A DNA stretch of 64,000 nucleotides from an uncultured delta proteobacterium (GCA_963785235.1 CAWAUM010000003.1:288001-352000); one strand, 5' to 3'; shown: positions 30,265-41,597, counted from the stretch's first letter. The notes: generated by a model not told the origin, from the letters alone. Numbers and translations are program-made.

Positions 30265-31804
30265 TGCTCGAAGAACAGGCAGCCAAGCTTAAGGAAAAAC
30301 CGTTTTTATACGTCATATACCAGGACCGCTATGTCAGTTATGCTGACATGGACCTGAACGCCAACAGGATAGCGAACTACCTGCTGAACATAGGGGCAGC
30401 ACCGGGTGACGGCATCGCCACATTCATGAACAACTCGTCCGAATTTCTGGACATCTTCTTCGGTATCCAGAAGATCGGGATGTATGTGAACACGGTGAAC
30501 ACCTCGCTACGCGGCGACCAGCTCGCCTACACCATTGACAACAGCGACACGAAATACCTGGTGGTGGACCACGACCTCATAGACATCTACCAGGGTGTTG
30601 CAGGCAAGACGCCCAAGGTGGAGCGTGTGGTCGTGAACACGCTGGAGGCGCCTGCGGGCTTCAAAGTCCCCAAGGGCATGATCGACCTCAAGGATGCATA
30701 CCATATCGATGTTCCCACGACGAAACCGGAAGTGAAGTTCGACGAGGACTCCATCCTCATGCTCATGTACACATCCGGCACCACCGGACTGCCCAAGGGC
30801 GTGGTCATGCGGTACAACAAGAACATCATCGACCGGCTCAAGATGCTTGCAGGCATTGTACTCACACCGGACTCAGTTTATTATACCGCGCTTCAGCTCT
30901 TCCATGGCAACGCGCTCTATGTCACCACCACCTCTGCATTGGTCGTGGGGTGCACGGTTGCCCTGTCCAAGCGGTTCTCGGCCAGCAAGTTCTGGGAGGA
31001 GATCGCCAATTCCAAAGCAACAATATTCAATACAATCGGCGCCATCATCCCCATCCTCATGAAGCAGCCGGAAAACCCATACGAGAAGAACCACAAGGTG
31101 GAAAAGATCCTGTCGGCCGGATGCCCTGCAGCCCTGTGGGAGCCCTTCGAGAACAGGTTTGGCGTCAAGATCTGGGAGGCCTATGCGGCCATCGACGGGA
31201 CCGGGTTTATCGCCAACTTCGGCGACGGGCCCAAGGGCTCCATCGGCAAGCCCCTGAACTCCATCATAAGGCTCGTGGACGACAAGGGCAATGATGTTTC
31301 AACAGGCACCACCGGTGAGCTGCTGTTCAAGGTTGACCCCAACAAGAAGAGCACGGTGGAGTACTACAAGAACCCGAATGCATCGGGCGAGAAGACAAGA
31401 GGCGACTGGGAGTATACCGGAGACCTCATGTACCAGGACGAGCAGGGCTACATTTATTTTGTGGGCCGCAGCACCGACTCCATGCGGAGAAGGGGCGAGA
31501 ACGTGTCGGCCTACGACGTGGAGCAGGCTATCCTCAAGCATCCAGATGTGCTGGAAGCAGCAGTATATGCAGTGCCCTCGGAGATGACCGAGGATGATAT
31601 CATGGCCTCGATCAAGCTCGTGGAGGGAAAAAACTGGCCGGCAAAGAGCTGTGGGACTTCCTCCAGGACAAGCTCGCCAAGTTTGCCATACCCCGGTACC
31701 TCCGCATGGTGGATGACTTCCCGCGCACCGAGACCTTCCGCATCAAGAAGGGCGAACTGAAGTCCACAGGCATCACGAAGGACACCTTCGATGCACAGGC
31801 ATGA
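30264..31804 (+). CDS. Acyl-CoA ligase, CaiC-like (5'-truncated; indel near 31635)
   Basis: YTSGTTGLPKG, YTGDL, RRRGENVS; C-terminus LAKFAIPRY..PRTET.RIKK in shifted frame. Confidence 0.85.
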
Positions 31805-31830
31805 TAAAAAAATTTATAGATCCATCCTCC

Positions 31831-32856
31831 TCAATCGAAGGGTTTTGCTAAGCGAAGGATCTCGGGTGGCAACTGGATATTCAGGTCCTTAATGACCTTG
31901 GCGTCCAGCATGATGGTGAGATCCTGCTGCAGCAAAATGGGCAGGGTTTCAGGCTTCACACCATTTTTAAGGATCTTTACAGACTGTTTGCCGGAAAGAG
32001 CGCCTATGGTATCGAAGTCTACCCCTACATACAGGGTGGCCCCTGGAATCTTGTCGATGACCAGGGTGAAGACCTGGGTCTTATTGGCCTTTGAAAACTC
32101 GATGAGATCTCCTGCCTTTTCATGATCCCGCAGTTCGTAGTAGGGGTCCGGGGGAACTGCAAAGATCTGGACACCTTGTTTCTGAAGCTCCTTCAGGGCA
32201 GGCTCGATGGGGGCTTTTATACCCACCTGCTTTGATATGATCGTGATTCCCAGGGAAAGGCCTTCCTTTTTTGCATCCTCAACATGTGCAATGCTGTTTG
32301 CATCGTCGCTGTGCACAATACCCACGGTCTTGATAGCCGGGAAGGCCTGTTTCACGATTGCGAGCGCGTCTTTCATGTTCATGTGCGTTGTCACGCCGGT
32401 AAAGCCGGGACCCGCTTCTGTCAAAGACCTGCAGCCCACCGCTTCCGGAAAGGCCAGGGCCGTGAACACCAGCGGTATTCCCGCCGCAATGATCTTGTCC
32501 TTGGCATATTTGGTCACGGGCGTCCCCATGGTAAGCACAAGGTCGGGCTTCTCTCTTGCAATACGTGAAGCCTCACGCAGGATCCTCAAGTAGACATTGA
32601 TTCTTTTCACCAGGGAAGGGTTTTCAATGTCGAAGTCGATGATGGTGCGTTTGACCTTGAGGTTTCTGCCCCGGGAGATACCGGCCTTCTCCAGCTCCTT
32701 GAGAAAGCCGTCATAGACCGACTGAAGCTCTTCAAAATCTGTAATCTGGAGGACTTCCACCCGGTAGTTTTTTCCCTGTGCCAGGCCTGGGATAGAAAGG
32801 CAGGTTATAAGGAAGACTGCACATAGTAAAAAGATAGCTCTCGGAATTATTTTCAT
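31831..32856 (-). CDS. ABC transporter substrate-binding protein (ABC_sub_bind), orphan
   Basis: Signal peptide, KPDLVLTMGTP, IPLVFT, GKQSVKILK..KPETLPI. Confidence 0.75.
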   Translation of the reverse strand: MKIIPRAIFLLCAVFLITCLSIPGLAQGKNYRVEVLQITDFEELQSVYDGFLKELEKAGISRGRNLKVKRTIIDFDIENPSLVKRINVYLRILREASRIAREKPDLVLTMGTPVTKYAKDKIIAAGIPLVFTALAFPEAVGCRSLTEAGPGFTGVTTHMNMKDALAIVKQAFPAIKTVGIVHSDDANSIAHVEDAKKEGLSLGITIISKQVGIKAPIEPALKELQKQGVQIFAVPPDPYYELRDHEKAGDLIEFSKANKTQVFTLVIDKIPGATLYVGVDFDTIGALSGKQSVKILKNGVKPETLPILLQQDLTIMLDAKVIKDLNIQLPPEILRLAKPFD

Positions 32857-32859
32857 TTT

Positions 32860-33372
32860 TTAATGTCTTACATAAATCAATTTTTCGGTTTCAAACCCTA
32901 ATGCCTTTGCCTTTTGTACCAGCTCGGATTTTATGGATTCATCCAGATGTGGTCTTCTGGCCAGTATCCACAGGTAGGATGTGTCGGGTCCGCACACAAG
33001 CGCATAAGAATAGCCCGACTCATCCAGGGCAATGATATTATAGCCGCCATAGAAAGGCCCGAAAAAAGATACCTTCAATCTTCCTTCATGGGGTTCACCC
33101 ACGAAGTAAGCCTTGCCTACAGCCTTTTTCCATGTATCTGTTTTTGGATCAAACCCCTTATTCACCACTGCAATGCCCCCATCGGACCTCGAGCTGTACT
33201 CCGCGGTAACCTTTTCCAGCCCCCTTTCAAATGAGTGATCCAATCTGGCAATTTCATACCAGGTGCCCTTATAGCGCTCAACATCAAATCCCTTTACCGG
33301 TGAGATATTATCTGGAATGCCTACGCACCCCATTAAGAATATCGAGATATAAAACCCCAGTTTTCTCATCAT
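32860..33372 (-). CDS. blc: Outer membrane lipocalin Blc
   Basis: Lipobox LMGC, GTWYEIARLDHSFE, LKVSFFGPFYG, YLWILAR. Confidence 0.92.
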   Translation of the reverse strand: MMRKLGFYISIFLMGCVGIPDNISPVKGFDVERYKGTWYEIARLDHSFERGLEKVTAEYSSRSDGGIAVVNKGFDPKTDTWKKAVGKAYFVGEPHEGRLKVSFFGPFYGGYNIIALDESGYSYALVCGPDTSYLWILARRPHLDESIKSELVQKAKALGFETEKLIYVRH

Positions 33373-33485
33373 AATCAGTTACTCCTGCGCCCAATAATGA
33401 TTCCGGCTCTGTTTTATGGATTCAGACTTACTCTATATACCAATCAGTTTCCATCTACTCTTCCGTTTGATTGTCTTCAACAGCG

Positions 33486-34829
33486 TCAGAAATAATACCC
33501 GGCCCTGAACTCAAACCGGTAGTCGTTTAGTTTTTCCCCGTACTCCGTTGCACAGGTGCCGCGGATAAAACCAGCCCGGAGCCGGAGTTCCAGATTAGTG
33601 ATGCCTGTATAGAGCAGCTCCGGAGTGAAGCTCCAGCTCTGGTCGTTCAGGTTGACCATGACCGTTAGAGAAGGGGTGAAATACAGGATATCCAACGGCT
33701 CTTTCTGGATCAACCTCAGGTACAGGTAGTCTTCCATGGGGCTGGGCCGGCCGTAGGAGCCCTTGGTGAGATTCCGGGCAACGACAAGTTGCCCGTCCGT
33801 TCCCGTGGATTGATAGAGCTGATAACCGCTGTGGATAAAGCGGTAATAGGTTCTCATGTCATGGGCGCTGAAGCCCGTGCCGTTGTGATAATATTCCAGG
33901 ATAGTCGTCAGATCGAAGGCCGTCACATGACGGATGCCGATAAGACCGCTGAGAGCGTTATCGGTTTTTGACCGTACAATGCCGCTGGCATCCAGGGCCT
34001 GCTCTTGAAACCTCCGGATTTGCGCCAACTCTCCGTGCACCTCAAAATCCGTGGTCAGGTTACGCGAAAAATCCACCCCGTACCGCGGGGTGCGGGTGCC
34101 GCCCGCTGCATAGATGAAATCAAGATCCGTGTCATAAAAAAGGAGATATATCTTCGCGGCAACATTCAAATGGTTGTCCCTGCCGAGGTCGTCGTTGATG
34201 TGATCGTAAACAGGAAACAGGACCGGCGTGATTGCCAGCGTTTTCAGTGGCCCGTCGAAACTGCGGACGTAATCCACTGTGGCCATGACATATCCTTCGA
34301 GAGATAAATCCGGATCATTCGGGTCTTTCGCACGATCGAGGAAATTGACAGGGTTCCAGGCATACCCCTTGCCCCATTTGAGATTCTTTTTGCCGGCCTC
34401 CACCTTCCAGGACTCAGAGGGTTTCAGCGTTGCATACCCTTCGTAGAGGGCTGTCTGTCCTTTACCTCCCGATTCCGAAGAATAAGAGCAGTCTGTGCTG
34501 GTCTTGACATATACCCGGCCTATCCCCTTCTCATAACTGCCCTCCAGCTGGAGGCGGCCATTGGATTCCGTGATCGTCGATCCTGGATCATCCTTGTAAT
34601 ACTGAAGTTGGTAAAGGGCTGCGTCTTTGTCCAGGACATATATGACCGGTCGGATCTCTGCATATCCACCAAGATGCCATGGTTTCTTCTCGATTTCCGC
34701 CACGTCGAAGGTATACGATTCCTCGCCCCGGACAGCCGGGGTGCAGAAAAGCAGGAGAACGATCCCAAGGACTGCGACCCGCATCAGGGATAGCAGGGGC
34801 AGCACCTTCTTGCCTCGGGCCTTTCTCAT
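33486..34829 (-). CDS. Putative outer-membrane beta-barrel protein
   Basis: Signal peptide, GKKNLKWGKGYAWNP, aromatic C-terminus RAGYYF. Confidence 0.65.
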   Translation of the reverse strand: MRKARGKKVLPLLSLMRVAVLGIVLLLFCTPAVRGEESYTFDVAEIEKKPWHLGGYAEIRPVIYVLDKDAALYQLQYYKDDPGSTITESNGRLQLEGSYEKGIGRVYVKTSTDCSYSSESGGKGQTALYEGYATLKPSESWKVEAGKKNLKWGKGYAWNPVNFLDRAKDPNDPDLSLEGYVMATVDYVRSFDGPLKTLAITPVLFPVYDHINDDLGRDNHLNVAAKIYLLFYDTDLDFIYAAGGTRTPRYGVDFSRNLTTDFEVHGELAQIRRFQEQALDASGIVRSKTDNALSGLIGIRHVTAFDLTTILEYYHNGTGFSAHDMRTYYRFIHSGYQLYQSTGTDGQLVVARNLTKGSYGRPSPMEDYLYLRLIQKEPLDILYFTPSLTVMVNLNDQSWSFTPELLYTGITNLELRLRAGFIRGTCATEYGEKLNDYRFEFRAGYYF

Positions 34830-34841
34830 GCAGGTCCACCT

Positions 34842-35576
34842 TTAACGCAACGAATCGATGTTCGGCATGAACGTTTGGGTAAAGACCTCATCCTTGAAGG
34901 ATCGCTTTTTGATCTTGGCATAGATCATGATGGATTTGTATCCCTTGTACAGCGGGCTGTCCGTCTCGATGACGGAAGGCCTTACAATGCCGCCCCCGAA
35001 ATCCTTGTGGTCCTTGAAGTAGATGGTCTTGATGAGCATGTTCGCCTCAGTAAGGCACTCGATCTTTGTCGGTAACATTTTACCCTTGTCCACCCACATC
35101 CGGAGCTGATCGTAGGCGACGCTCCTGGTCTTGGCCTTCAGGCGAAGGAGATGCTCATTCCCCGCATCTTCCACCCGGGCGACATGGTATTCCACGGAGT
35201 AATCCAGATTCAGGATATCGGCGTTGTTGAAGACCCCGCCCACAACGGACTGGAGACTCGTGATGCGGACCGGTTTTCCCACGTTGGGGATATACAGCCA
35301 CATGTTGTCGCCCAGACGCAGAGTGCTGCGCCCATTTTCACTGGCCGGTGCGAGAAACAGGGCCGCGATCTTGTCCGAACCCTTTTTCACGGAAAAGAGG
35401 GTAAATTCCTTCTTCCGGCCGTCGGGCTCCACATTGATCAGCTTCCGGTACATCTCGTAGGATTCTGGGTTCAGCTTCCGGTCCACCTCTTTGAGCAACG
35501 CCGTGCCGTCCAGCGCGAAGACGGGAGAGACTGAGAACAGGATCAGCAGGAGGGATAACACATGTTTTATCTTCAT
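34842..35576 (-). CDS. Outer membrane lipoprotein-sorting (LolA-like) protein
   Basis: FLAPASENG..TLRLGDNMWLYIP..KPVRIT. Confidence 0.8.
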   Translation of the reverse strand: MKIKHVLSLLLILFSVSPVFALDGTALLKEVDRKLNPESYEMYRKLINVEPDGRKKEFTLFSVKKGSDKIAALFLAPASENGRSTLRLGDNMWLYIPNVGKPVRITSLQSVVGGVFNNADILNLDYSVEYHVARVEDAGNEHLLRLKAKTRSVAYDQLRMWVDKGKMLPTKIECLTEANMLIKTIYFKDHKDFGGGIVRPSVIETDSPLYKGYKSIMIYAKIKKRSFKDEVFTQTFMPNIDSLR

Positions 35577-35591
35577 GTCTTTTCCTTTCAT

Positions 35592-36830
35592 CTACACATG
35601 CCGCAGGGCAGTGATCGGCTCCATGCGCGAAGCCTTGAAGGCCGGCTCCAGGCTGGCAAGGACCGAGACCATTATAACGATCACACTAATCGAGAGCAGG
35701 GCTCCGGGATGGATGGTCGCTTTCAGGATCAGTCCCTGCTGCTGACCGAAGTTGAAGGTGATGTGGGCCAGGTTCAGGATGAAGATAGTCAGCATGCCCA
35801 GGGAGCAACCGATGAGTGTCCCCAGGACACCCATGGAGAAACCCTCCAGCATGAACAGGGCAAGGATCTTGCCGGGCGGCGTGCCGATGGCCGCCATGGT
35901 CCCGATCTCCCTGATCCGTTCATACACGGCCATGATCATCACGTTCAGAACACTGATGAGCACCAGGGCCACAAGCATAAGCTTGATAAAGAACGTCATG
36001 ATGTCGAGCATCCGGGCAATGTTGAAAAAAGGTGAGAGCCCCTCCCAGGTATGGATCTCCAGGGAAGATTTGCCGTCCTTCGTGAATGCCGCTGCCAGCC
36101 GTTTCTGCATATCCATAAACACCGGCTTCAGCCGGTCGAAATCCTTCAGACGGATGGCCATTTCGCTGATTTCCAGCTCTTCCATCCGGAGCACCTCCGC
36201 AGCGTCTTCGATATGGACGTAGCCGTCCCGTCCGCCCGGACCAGTGACGCTTTCCAGGATACCCGCCACGACAAACTGTTTCCCGTTAACGGAACCGTCC
36301 TTGTTTGTCGCCACGATGACGATCGCGTCGCCCACCTTGACACGCATCCCCTTGGCCAGGAGAGATGGAATCAGAATTTCCCCCCTGCCGAGGCTCTTCT
36401 TCCCCTGGGTGATGCGTGCACTCAGGAGGGGAACCGTCTTGAACTCACGATCGGGATAGACGCCGTTGAGACGGATATTCGTCGATTCGTTGAAGTTGCT
36501 GAAGAGACCGCCGAACTTGAGCCGGGGGGATGAGGCTTCGATATCCTTCTGATTCCGGATCATCTCTTCTATACGGGCAACAGCCGGGGCCTTCATATTC
36601 AGGTTGAGAGGGAGATTGTCGATGGACGCGACATAGCCCTTCTTGTGGATCTGGATGTGACCCAGCATGGCATCGGTGATCTGGCCGATCATCATGGCCT
36701 TGAAAGACCCGGAAACGGCCATGAACACAAGTACAAAGACAACGCCGATAGTGATCAGGGAGGCCGTGAGCAGGGTCCGCCTTTTGTAGCGCATCAGGTT
36801 CCGCAGGGCGATCTTGAAGAGATCCGTCAT
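35592..36830 (-). CDS. FtsX/LolE-like ABC permease
   Basis: [39 protein letters not shown]. Confidence 0.9.
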   Translation of the reverse strand: MTDLFKIALRNLMRYKRRTLLTASLITIGVVFVLVFMAVSGSFKAMMIGQITDAMLGHIQIHKKGYVASIDNLPLNLNMKAPAVARIEEMIRNQKDIEASSPRLKFGGLFSNFNESTNIRLNGVYPDREFKTVPLLSARITQGKKSLGRGEILIPSLLAKGMRVKVGDAIVIVATNKDGSVNGKQFVVAGILESVTGPGGRDGYVHIEDAAEVLRMEELEISEMAIRLKDFDRLKPVFMDMQKRLAAAFTKDGKSSLEIHTWEGLSPFFNIARMLDIMTFFIKLMLVALVLISVLNVMIMAVYERIREIGTMAAIGTPPGKILALFMLEGFSMGVLGTLIGCSLGMLTIFILNLAHITFNFGQQQGLILKATIHPGALLSISVIVIMVSVLASLEPAFKASRMEPITALRHV

Positions 36831-37531
36831 GGCTTGTCCTCCCCATTTCTTCGGTCTTTGAGCAGGCCGTCTTCAAGGGTGAACAGGATCTCCACCTCGC
36901 CGACAAGCTTCTGGTCATGGGTGGAAAAGATAAACGTGGTATGGCGGTCATCCCGGATCTTTTTCATGAGCTCGATGACGGTGTGGGCCGTATGGGAGTC
37001 CAGGTTGGCAGTGGGTTCATCGGCCAGGACGACCTTGGGGTTCGTCACCAGTGCCCGGGCGATGGCCACGCGCTGCTTCTGGCCGCCTGAGAGCTGGTCC
37101 GGCCGCTTGTTCGCCTGGTCCGCCATTCCCACTGTATCCAGCAGGGCCGTCACGCGCCTGCGCCTTTCTTCGGGCGGAATCTTCTGAACCATGATCAGGG
37201 GGTACTCGATGTTTTCATAGGCCGTGAGCACCGGCAGGAGGTTGAAGTCCTGGAAGATGAAGCCGATGTTGGTTCCCCTGAACGCAGCGCCCTGACGGCG
37301 ATCCAGCATGCCCACATCCGTTCCGGCAACCGTGAGACGGCCCGAGGTGGGTGCGTCGAGGCAACCGATGAGGTTGAGCAGTGTCGTCTTCCCGCTCCCC
37401 GAAGGCCCGATGAAGGAAACAAAGGAGGCAGGATCAATGGCGAAGCTGACACCTCCGAGCGCAGGAATGACAATGTCCCCTGCCCGATAATCCTTGGTAA
37501 TCCCTTCCGCGATGACAAGACTCATTTTCAC
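36827..37531 (-). CDS. ABC transporter ATP-binding protein (LolD-like)
   Basis: [24 protein letters not shown]. Confidence 0.95.
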   Translation of the reverse strand: MKMSLVIAEGITKDYRAGDIVIPALGGVSFAIDPASFVSFIGPSGSGKTTLLNLIGCLDAPTSGRLTVAGTDVGMLDRRQGAAFRGTNIGFIFQDFNLLPVLTAYENIEYPLIMVQKIPPEERRRRVTALLDTVGMADQANKRPDQLSGGQKQRVAIARALVTNPKVVLADEPTANLDSHTAHTVIELMKKIRDDRHTTFIFSTHDQKLVGEVEILFTLEDGLLKDRRNGEDKP

Positions 37532-37610
37532 CCCCTCTTAGAACCTTATCAATATAGTAGTCACTTCAAGGTTAAATACAACTCTGTCCGTGCTCTTGCG
37601 TGTGAAGCGA

Positions 37611-38723
37611 TCATCCTTTTGTCTCGGGCAGGACTTCGCAGTACCACTCCTTAGAGCGGTTGCAGATGTTGCACACCGAGAGCATCACCGGCACCTCCAC
37701 CAGGACACCCACCACACAGGCGAGGGCCGCCCCGGAGCTCGGTCCGAAGAGCGTGATGGCCACGGCCACGGCCAGCTCGAAGAAATTGCTCGCACCGATG
37801 AGCGCCCCCGGCGAGGCCACGTTGTGCTGCACCTTGAACAGCCGCATGAGCATGTAGGTGAGCGAGGAATTGAAATAGACCTGGATGATGATAGGTATGG
37901 CGATCAGGATCACGGCGATCCATTTGGTCGTGAGGTTCTCCGCCTGGAACGCGAAGATGAGCAGGAGCGTCAAGAGCAACGCAATGACCGTTACGGGGTG
38001 GAACTTGGGAAGAAACTTATTCTCAAACCACTCAATGCCGTGCGCCTTCAGCAGCCCCTTCCGGGTCAGGTACCCCGCCACCAGGGGGATCACGATGAAG
38101 ACCACCACCGAGGTGATGAGCACCTTTGAAGGCACAACCACATCGGCCACCCCGAGGAGGAACATGACGATGGGCGCGAACAGCACCAGCATGATCAGGT
38201 CGTTCACTGCCACCTGCACCAGCGTGTAGGCCGGGTCACCGTCGGTGAGATATGACCAGACGAACACCATGGCTGTGCATGGCGCTGCTGCCAGGATGAT
38301 GAGCCCTGCCGTATAGCTCTTAGCCGTTTCCGGATCGATCCATACTGAAAATAAATTCTGGATGAAAACCCATGCCAGGAAGGCCATGCTGAACGGCTTC
38401 ACCAGCCAGTTGACGAACAGGGTTATCATGAGGCCCTTGGGTTTGCGCGCTATGCCGCTCAAGGAGCTGAAGTCGATTCTAAGCATCATGGGAAAGATCA
38501 TCAGCCAGATGAGGACCGCTATGGGCACGTTTACCTGGGACCCCCGGCCGAACTCCATCCTGCTTAAGGCTGCCGTAAGGCCGGGCAGCAGTTTGCCCAG
38601 GGTAACACCCACCACCATGCAGATAAACACCCAGAGCGTGAGGTAGCGTTCAAACAGGTTCAATCGTTTCGGTTCACCCACGGAATCCTGTTTGTTTTTA
38701 ATCACGGAAGACAGCTTTCCCAT
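37611..38723 (-). CDS. acr3: ACR3 family arsenite efflux transporter
   Basis: FERYLTLWV, AAPCTAMVFVW, GASNFFELAVAVA, VEVPVML. Confidence 0.95.
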   Translation of the reverse strand: MGKLSSVIKNKQDSVGEPKRLNLFERYLTLWVFICMVVGVTLGKLLPGLTAALSRMEFGRGSQVNVPIAVLIWLMIFPMMLRIDFSSLSGIARKPKGLMITLFVNWLVKPFSMAFLAWVFIQNLFSVWIDPETAKSYTAGLIILAAAPCTAMVFVWSYLTDGDPAYTLVQVAVNDLIMLVLFAPIVMFLLGVADVVVPSKVLITSVVVFIVIPLVAGYLTRKGLLKAHGIEWFENKFLPKFHPVTVIALLLTLLLIFAFQAENLTTKWIAVILIAIPIIIQVYFNSSLTYMLMRLFKVQHNVASPGALIGASNFFELAVAVAITLFGPSSGAALACVVGVLVEVPVMLSVCNICNRSKEWYCEVLPETKG

Positions 38724-38854
38724 AGGTTTTATCCTTTCTTTTCATAATGAATGTGGTTTCATTCCCTTCATCCACAGAATCATCGCTGCCCATCATCGAG
38801 CGCAGTGTGACAACGGAGGGGCATTACCTTTCTATTCCTCCCTTTCCGAGTCGG

Positions 38855-39385
38855 TTATGACCCCGGGTGGTTTTCACTGTCCCGGACTACACTGGCCGGC
38901 TGCCTGGAAAGGGCACGTTGAAGAGAATAACGGCCATGATCCGCGAACAGGACCATGAACGAGGCTGCCATCAAAGAGGAATCACGCAGCAGGTACCACC
39001 AGGTTATTTTCTCAGCCGTAGTTGATGTACTGAAGCAGCCGCAGGCAATGTCGAGACCCCTGGAGAGGTTGAAGCCCAGGGCCGTGGTGAAAACCAGGAG
39101 CAGCACAGAGACGATGAGTGCGCCTCCTTGTATCCACAGGCCGAGCATCAGGCATATTCCCGCCACAACCTCTACCCAGGGCAGGATGACGGCTGCAATG
39201 TTCACGAGCCACGCAGGCAGGATGTGGTAGTTGTAGACAGCTAAAGCGAACGCCGCAGGGTCAACAATCTTTATGGCCCCGGCGTAGAGAAACAGGGCGC
39301 CTAGCACCACCCGAATTGCTGACAGAATCACCTGTACGGGTTTGCCATCAATAAACCCGTTCTTCATATGCATCGGTTCATTCAT
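38855..39385 (-). CDS. MauE/DoxX family membrane protein
   Basis: KIVDP..F, LPWVE, GLDIACGCF. Confidence 0.85.
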   Translation of the reverse strand: MNEPMHMKNGFIDGKPVQVILSAIRVVLGALFLYAGAIKIVDPAAFALAVYNYHILPAWLVNIAAVILPWVEVVAGICLMLGLWIQGGALIVSVLLLVFTTALGFNLSRGLDIACGCFSTSTTAEKITWWYLLRDSSLMAASFMVLFADHGRYSLQRALSRQPASVVRDSENHPGS

Positions 39386-39857
39386 AGGGGTACCCCCTGT
39401 CCATCCAGACCACCCAGCCTTCGGGCATGACCTTTATGGGTCCGATGCCCTGGCTTTTGAGATCCTTCACCAGGTCCGCCCCCAGTGGGCAGTCCACATC
39501 ATAGCAGTAGGCGATCACCGCCTTGCCTGTCTTAAGCATGGCACGGACCTCTTCAAGATGTTCTGCCGCACTCTCCAAAGGGATGTTCATTGCACCCGGG
39601 ATATGGCCGCCCGAAAAGTCCCCGGGTTCCCGTGCATCGATGAACAGGGCGTTGCCCTTTTCAAAAAGCTCTACGGCCTCGCCCAGGCCGATGACCTCCA
39701 GGTCCCCTGCATGGATCTCTGTAACGGCCTTGGAACTCCAGTCTCCCACCATTGGAATCCCCGCAGTTCTCACCATGTTGAAGACCGCCCCGATGAGGGC
39801 TGCCATCGCCACCATCCAGAAGGCATGGATAATGCCCTGTCTGATCCGCTGCATCAT
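39378..39857 (-). CDS. Rhodanese-like domain protein with N-terminal TM
   Basis: FIDARE..GHIPGAMNIP, YCYDVDC, EGW..W..GYP. Confidence 0.85.
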   Translation of the reverse strand: MMQRIRQGIIHAFWMVAMAALIGAVFNMVRTAGIPMVGDWSSKAVTEIHAGDLEVIGLGEAVELFEKGNALFIDAREPGDFSGGHIPGAMNIPLESAAEHLEEVRAMLKTGKAVIAYCYDVDCPLGADLVKDLKSQGIGPIKVMPEGWVVWMDRGYPYE

Positions 39858-40019
39858 GCCGGTTTCTCCGCCTTGATGAGGATATGGATCTTCTCCCTGT
39901 TCGGGAGCCATTTTCCTCGATGCACGACCTTGTCATTAATCTTGTGCGCCGGGGTATAGGGAAAATGCTTCATAACTATCCTCAATTGGTAATCTTTCGC
40001 TCTGACATCACGGCACGGT

Positions 40020-40736
40020 TCAAGCCCCAGCGCGTTCGATGAACGGTCGTATAACAAAATAGACCCCCAGCAGCGCAATAGCCACACCGGCCAGCCGCCG
40101 GAACCATACACTGCCGCGCTGGAAGGCGCCATGTTCCAGAACCCGCTGCACCAGGGCAGCACTCGAACCAGCCACCGCGATGGGGATGCAGTGACCGATC
40201 CCGAAGAGCACGATCAGAATCACCCCGGTGATGATCTTCTCCTGGATGGTAATGATGGCCAGGATAGGCGCGATGAAACCAAAGGTGCAGGCCCCGGAGA
40301 GCACGCCATAGGCCAATCCCAGAAAAAAAGCCCCGCCCAAACCCTTTACTTTAAGCCGACTCATGCTCCCGCCGGACATCGAACATACCGGGACCCCCAG
40401 CATGTCAAGCGCTACCCACAGGAGGATCAGACCCACCAGGATAGTCCAGTATGGGCCAACCTCTCCCAGCATACGCCCCAGAAGGGCGCAGATGACGCCC
40501 ACCGCGGCAATGGTGATGAACAGCCCCACGGTAAATGCGACTGCGTATTTGGCGGCCTTGCCGGTTTCCACCCGCTCGTCCTGCCCGGCCACGTACCCAA
40601 CAATGAGCGGGATGGATGCCATGTGGCAGGGGCTCAAAAGAACACTCACCATGCCCCATAACAGGCATCCAATTGAGGCGATGCCGAAACTGCCCGTCAT
40701 CCAGGCATTGATGGTGACGAAGAACTGATCCAGCAT
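40020..40736 (-). CDS. ccdA: CcdA/DsbD-type disulfide exchange membrane protein
   Basis: LSPCHMASIP and GACTFG catalytic Cys motifs; multi-TM. Confidence 0.85.
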   Translation of the reverse strand: MLDQFFVTINAWMTGSFGIASIGCLLWGMVSVLLSPCHMASIPLIVGYVAGQDERVETGKAAKYAVAFTVGLFITIAAVGVICALLGRMLGEVGPYWTILVGLILLWVALDMLGVPVCSMSGGSMSRLKVKGLGGAFFLGLAYGVLSGACTFGFIAPILAIITIQEKIITGVILIVLFGIGHCIPIAVAGSSAALVQRVLEHGAFQRGSVWFRRLAGVAIALLGVYFVIRPFIERAGA

Positions 40737-40739
40737 GAT

Positions 40740-41156
40740 CTACTTCTTCTGCTTGGGTGCGGTTGGATTGGCCCCAAGCTTGGTTAGGATCTCCACGATG
40801 CTCGGCTTGTCCATGTAACCCACATGGCGGCTGATCTCCTTGCCCTGCCTGTCGTAGTAGATCTGGGTGGGGATGGCACGCACACCCGCTTTACGGGCGA
40901 ACCCCACGGCCTCTTGGTTCTCCCAGACATCCAGGAAGAGGATGGAGACCGTTCCGGCGTATTCCTTCTTCAACTCCGCGATGATGGGCGCCATCATCTT
41001 GCAGGGTATGCACCTGTTCGCCCCCACTTCCACCATGGTCACCATGCCTGGGGTGGGAACCGGCGGGAGGGGCTCGGCGAAGCCCACCCCGGTCATGAGC
41101 ATCATCAATAATACGACCAATAAAAACTTACGCATATCCAATGTCTCCTTATTCAT
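40740..41156 (-). CDS. Exported thioredoxin family protein
   Basis: Signal peptide, CIPCKMM, IPTQ. Confidence 0.85.
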   Translation of the reverse strand: MNKETLDMRKFLLVVLLMMLMTGVGFAEPLPPVPTPGMVTMVEVGANRCIPCKMMAPIIAELKKEYAGTVSILFLDVWENQEAVGFARKAGVRAIPTQIYYDRQGKEISRHVGYMDKPSIVEILTKLGANPTAPKQKK

Positions 41157-41168
41157 GGTTATTTGATA

Positions 41169-41597
41169 TTACTCAACATCACTACCACTGCAACATGCAT
41201 CGTCAGCGGGCCTGACTGTATCCGGACCGAGCATCTTCCGGACTGCATCCTTGACCTTGTCTACATCATGAGGGTCGAGGTCAAATTTCTTTGCTTTTTC
41301 AAAGCCGAGGTCTGTGACCACCAGGTAGTTTCTCTCAGGGACTCCCTGCTCTTTGAGGACACCCCTGGCACACCCGATAGGGCATCCGTCTATCACCACC
41401 ATCTCGTCCACATCCCTGGCCGACTGTACAAAACCGCTTATGGCCGCACCGATCCCGGCCAGGCAATACATGGAGCCGAAGCCCTCTTTGGTCAGCTCAA
41501 CTGCTGCCTGGTTGGAAAGCTGGCCCACGTTCGATCCACCTGAACAAGCCAGAATCATGCATTTCCTTGTCGCTACACAACAGGTGTCATCCGCCAT
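41169..41597 (-). CDS. DGC-domain putative zinc-binding protein
   Basis: ACSGGSNVGQ, CLAGIG, IDGCPIGC. Confidence 0.85.
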   Translation of the reverse strand: MADDTCCVATRKCMILACSGGSNVGQLSNQAAVELTKEGFGSMYCLAGIGAAISGFVQSARDVDEMVVIDGCPIGCARGVLKEQGVPERNYLVVTDLGFEKAKKFDLDPHDVDKVKDAVRKMLGPDTVRPADDACCSGSDVE

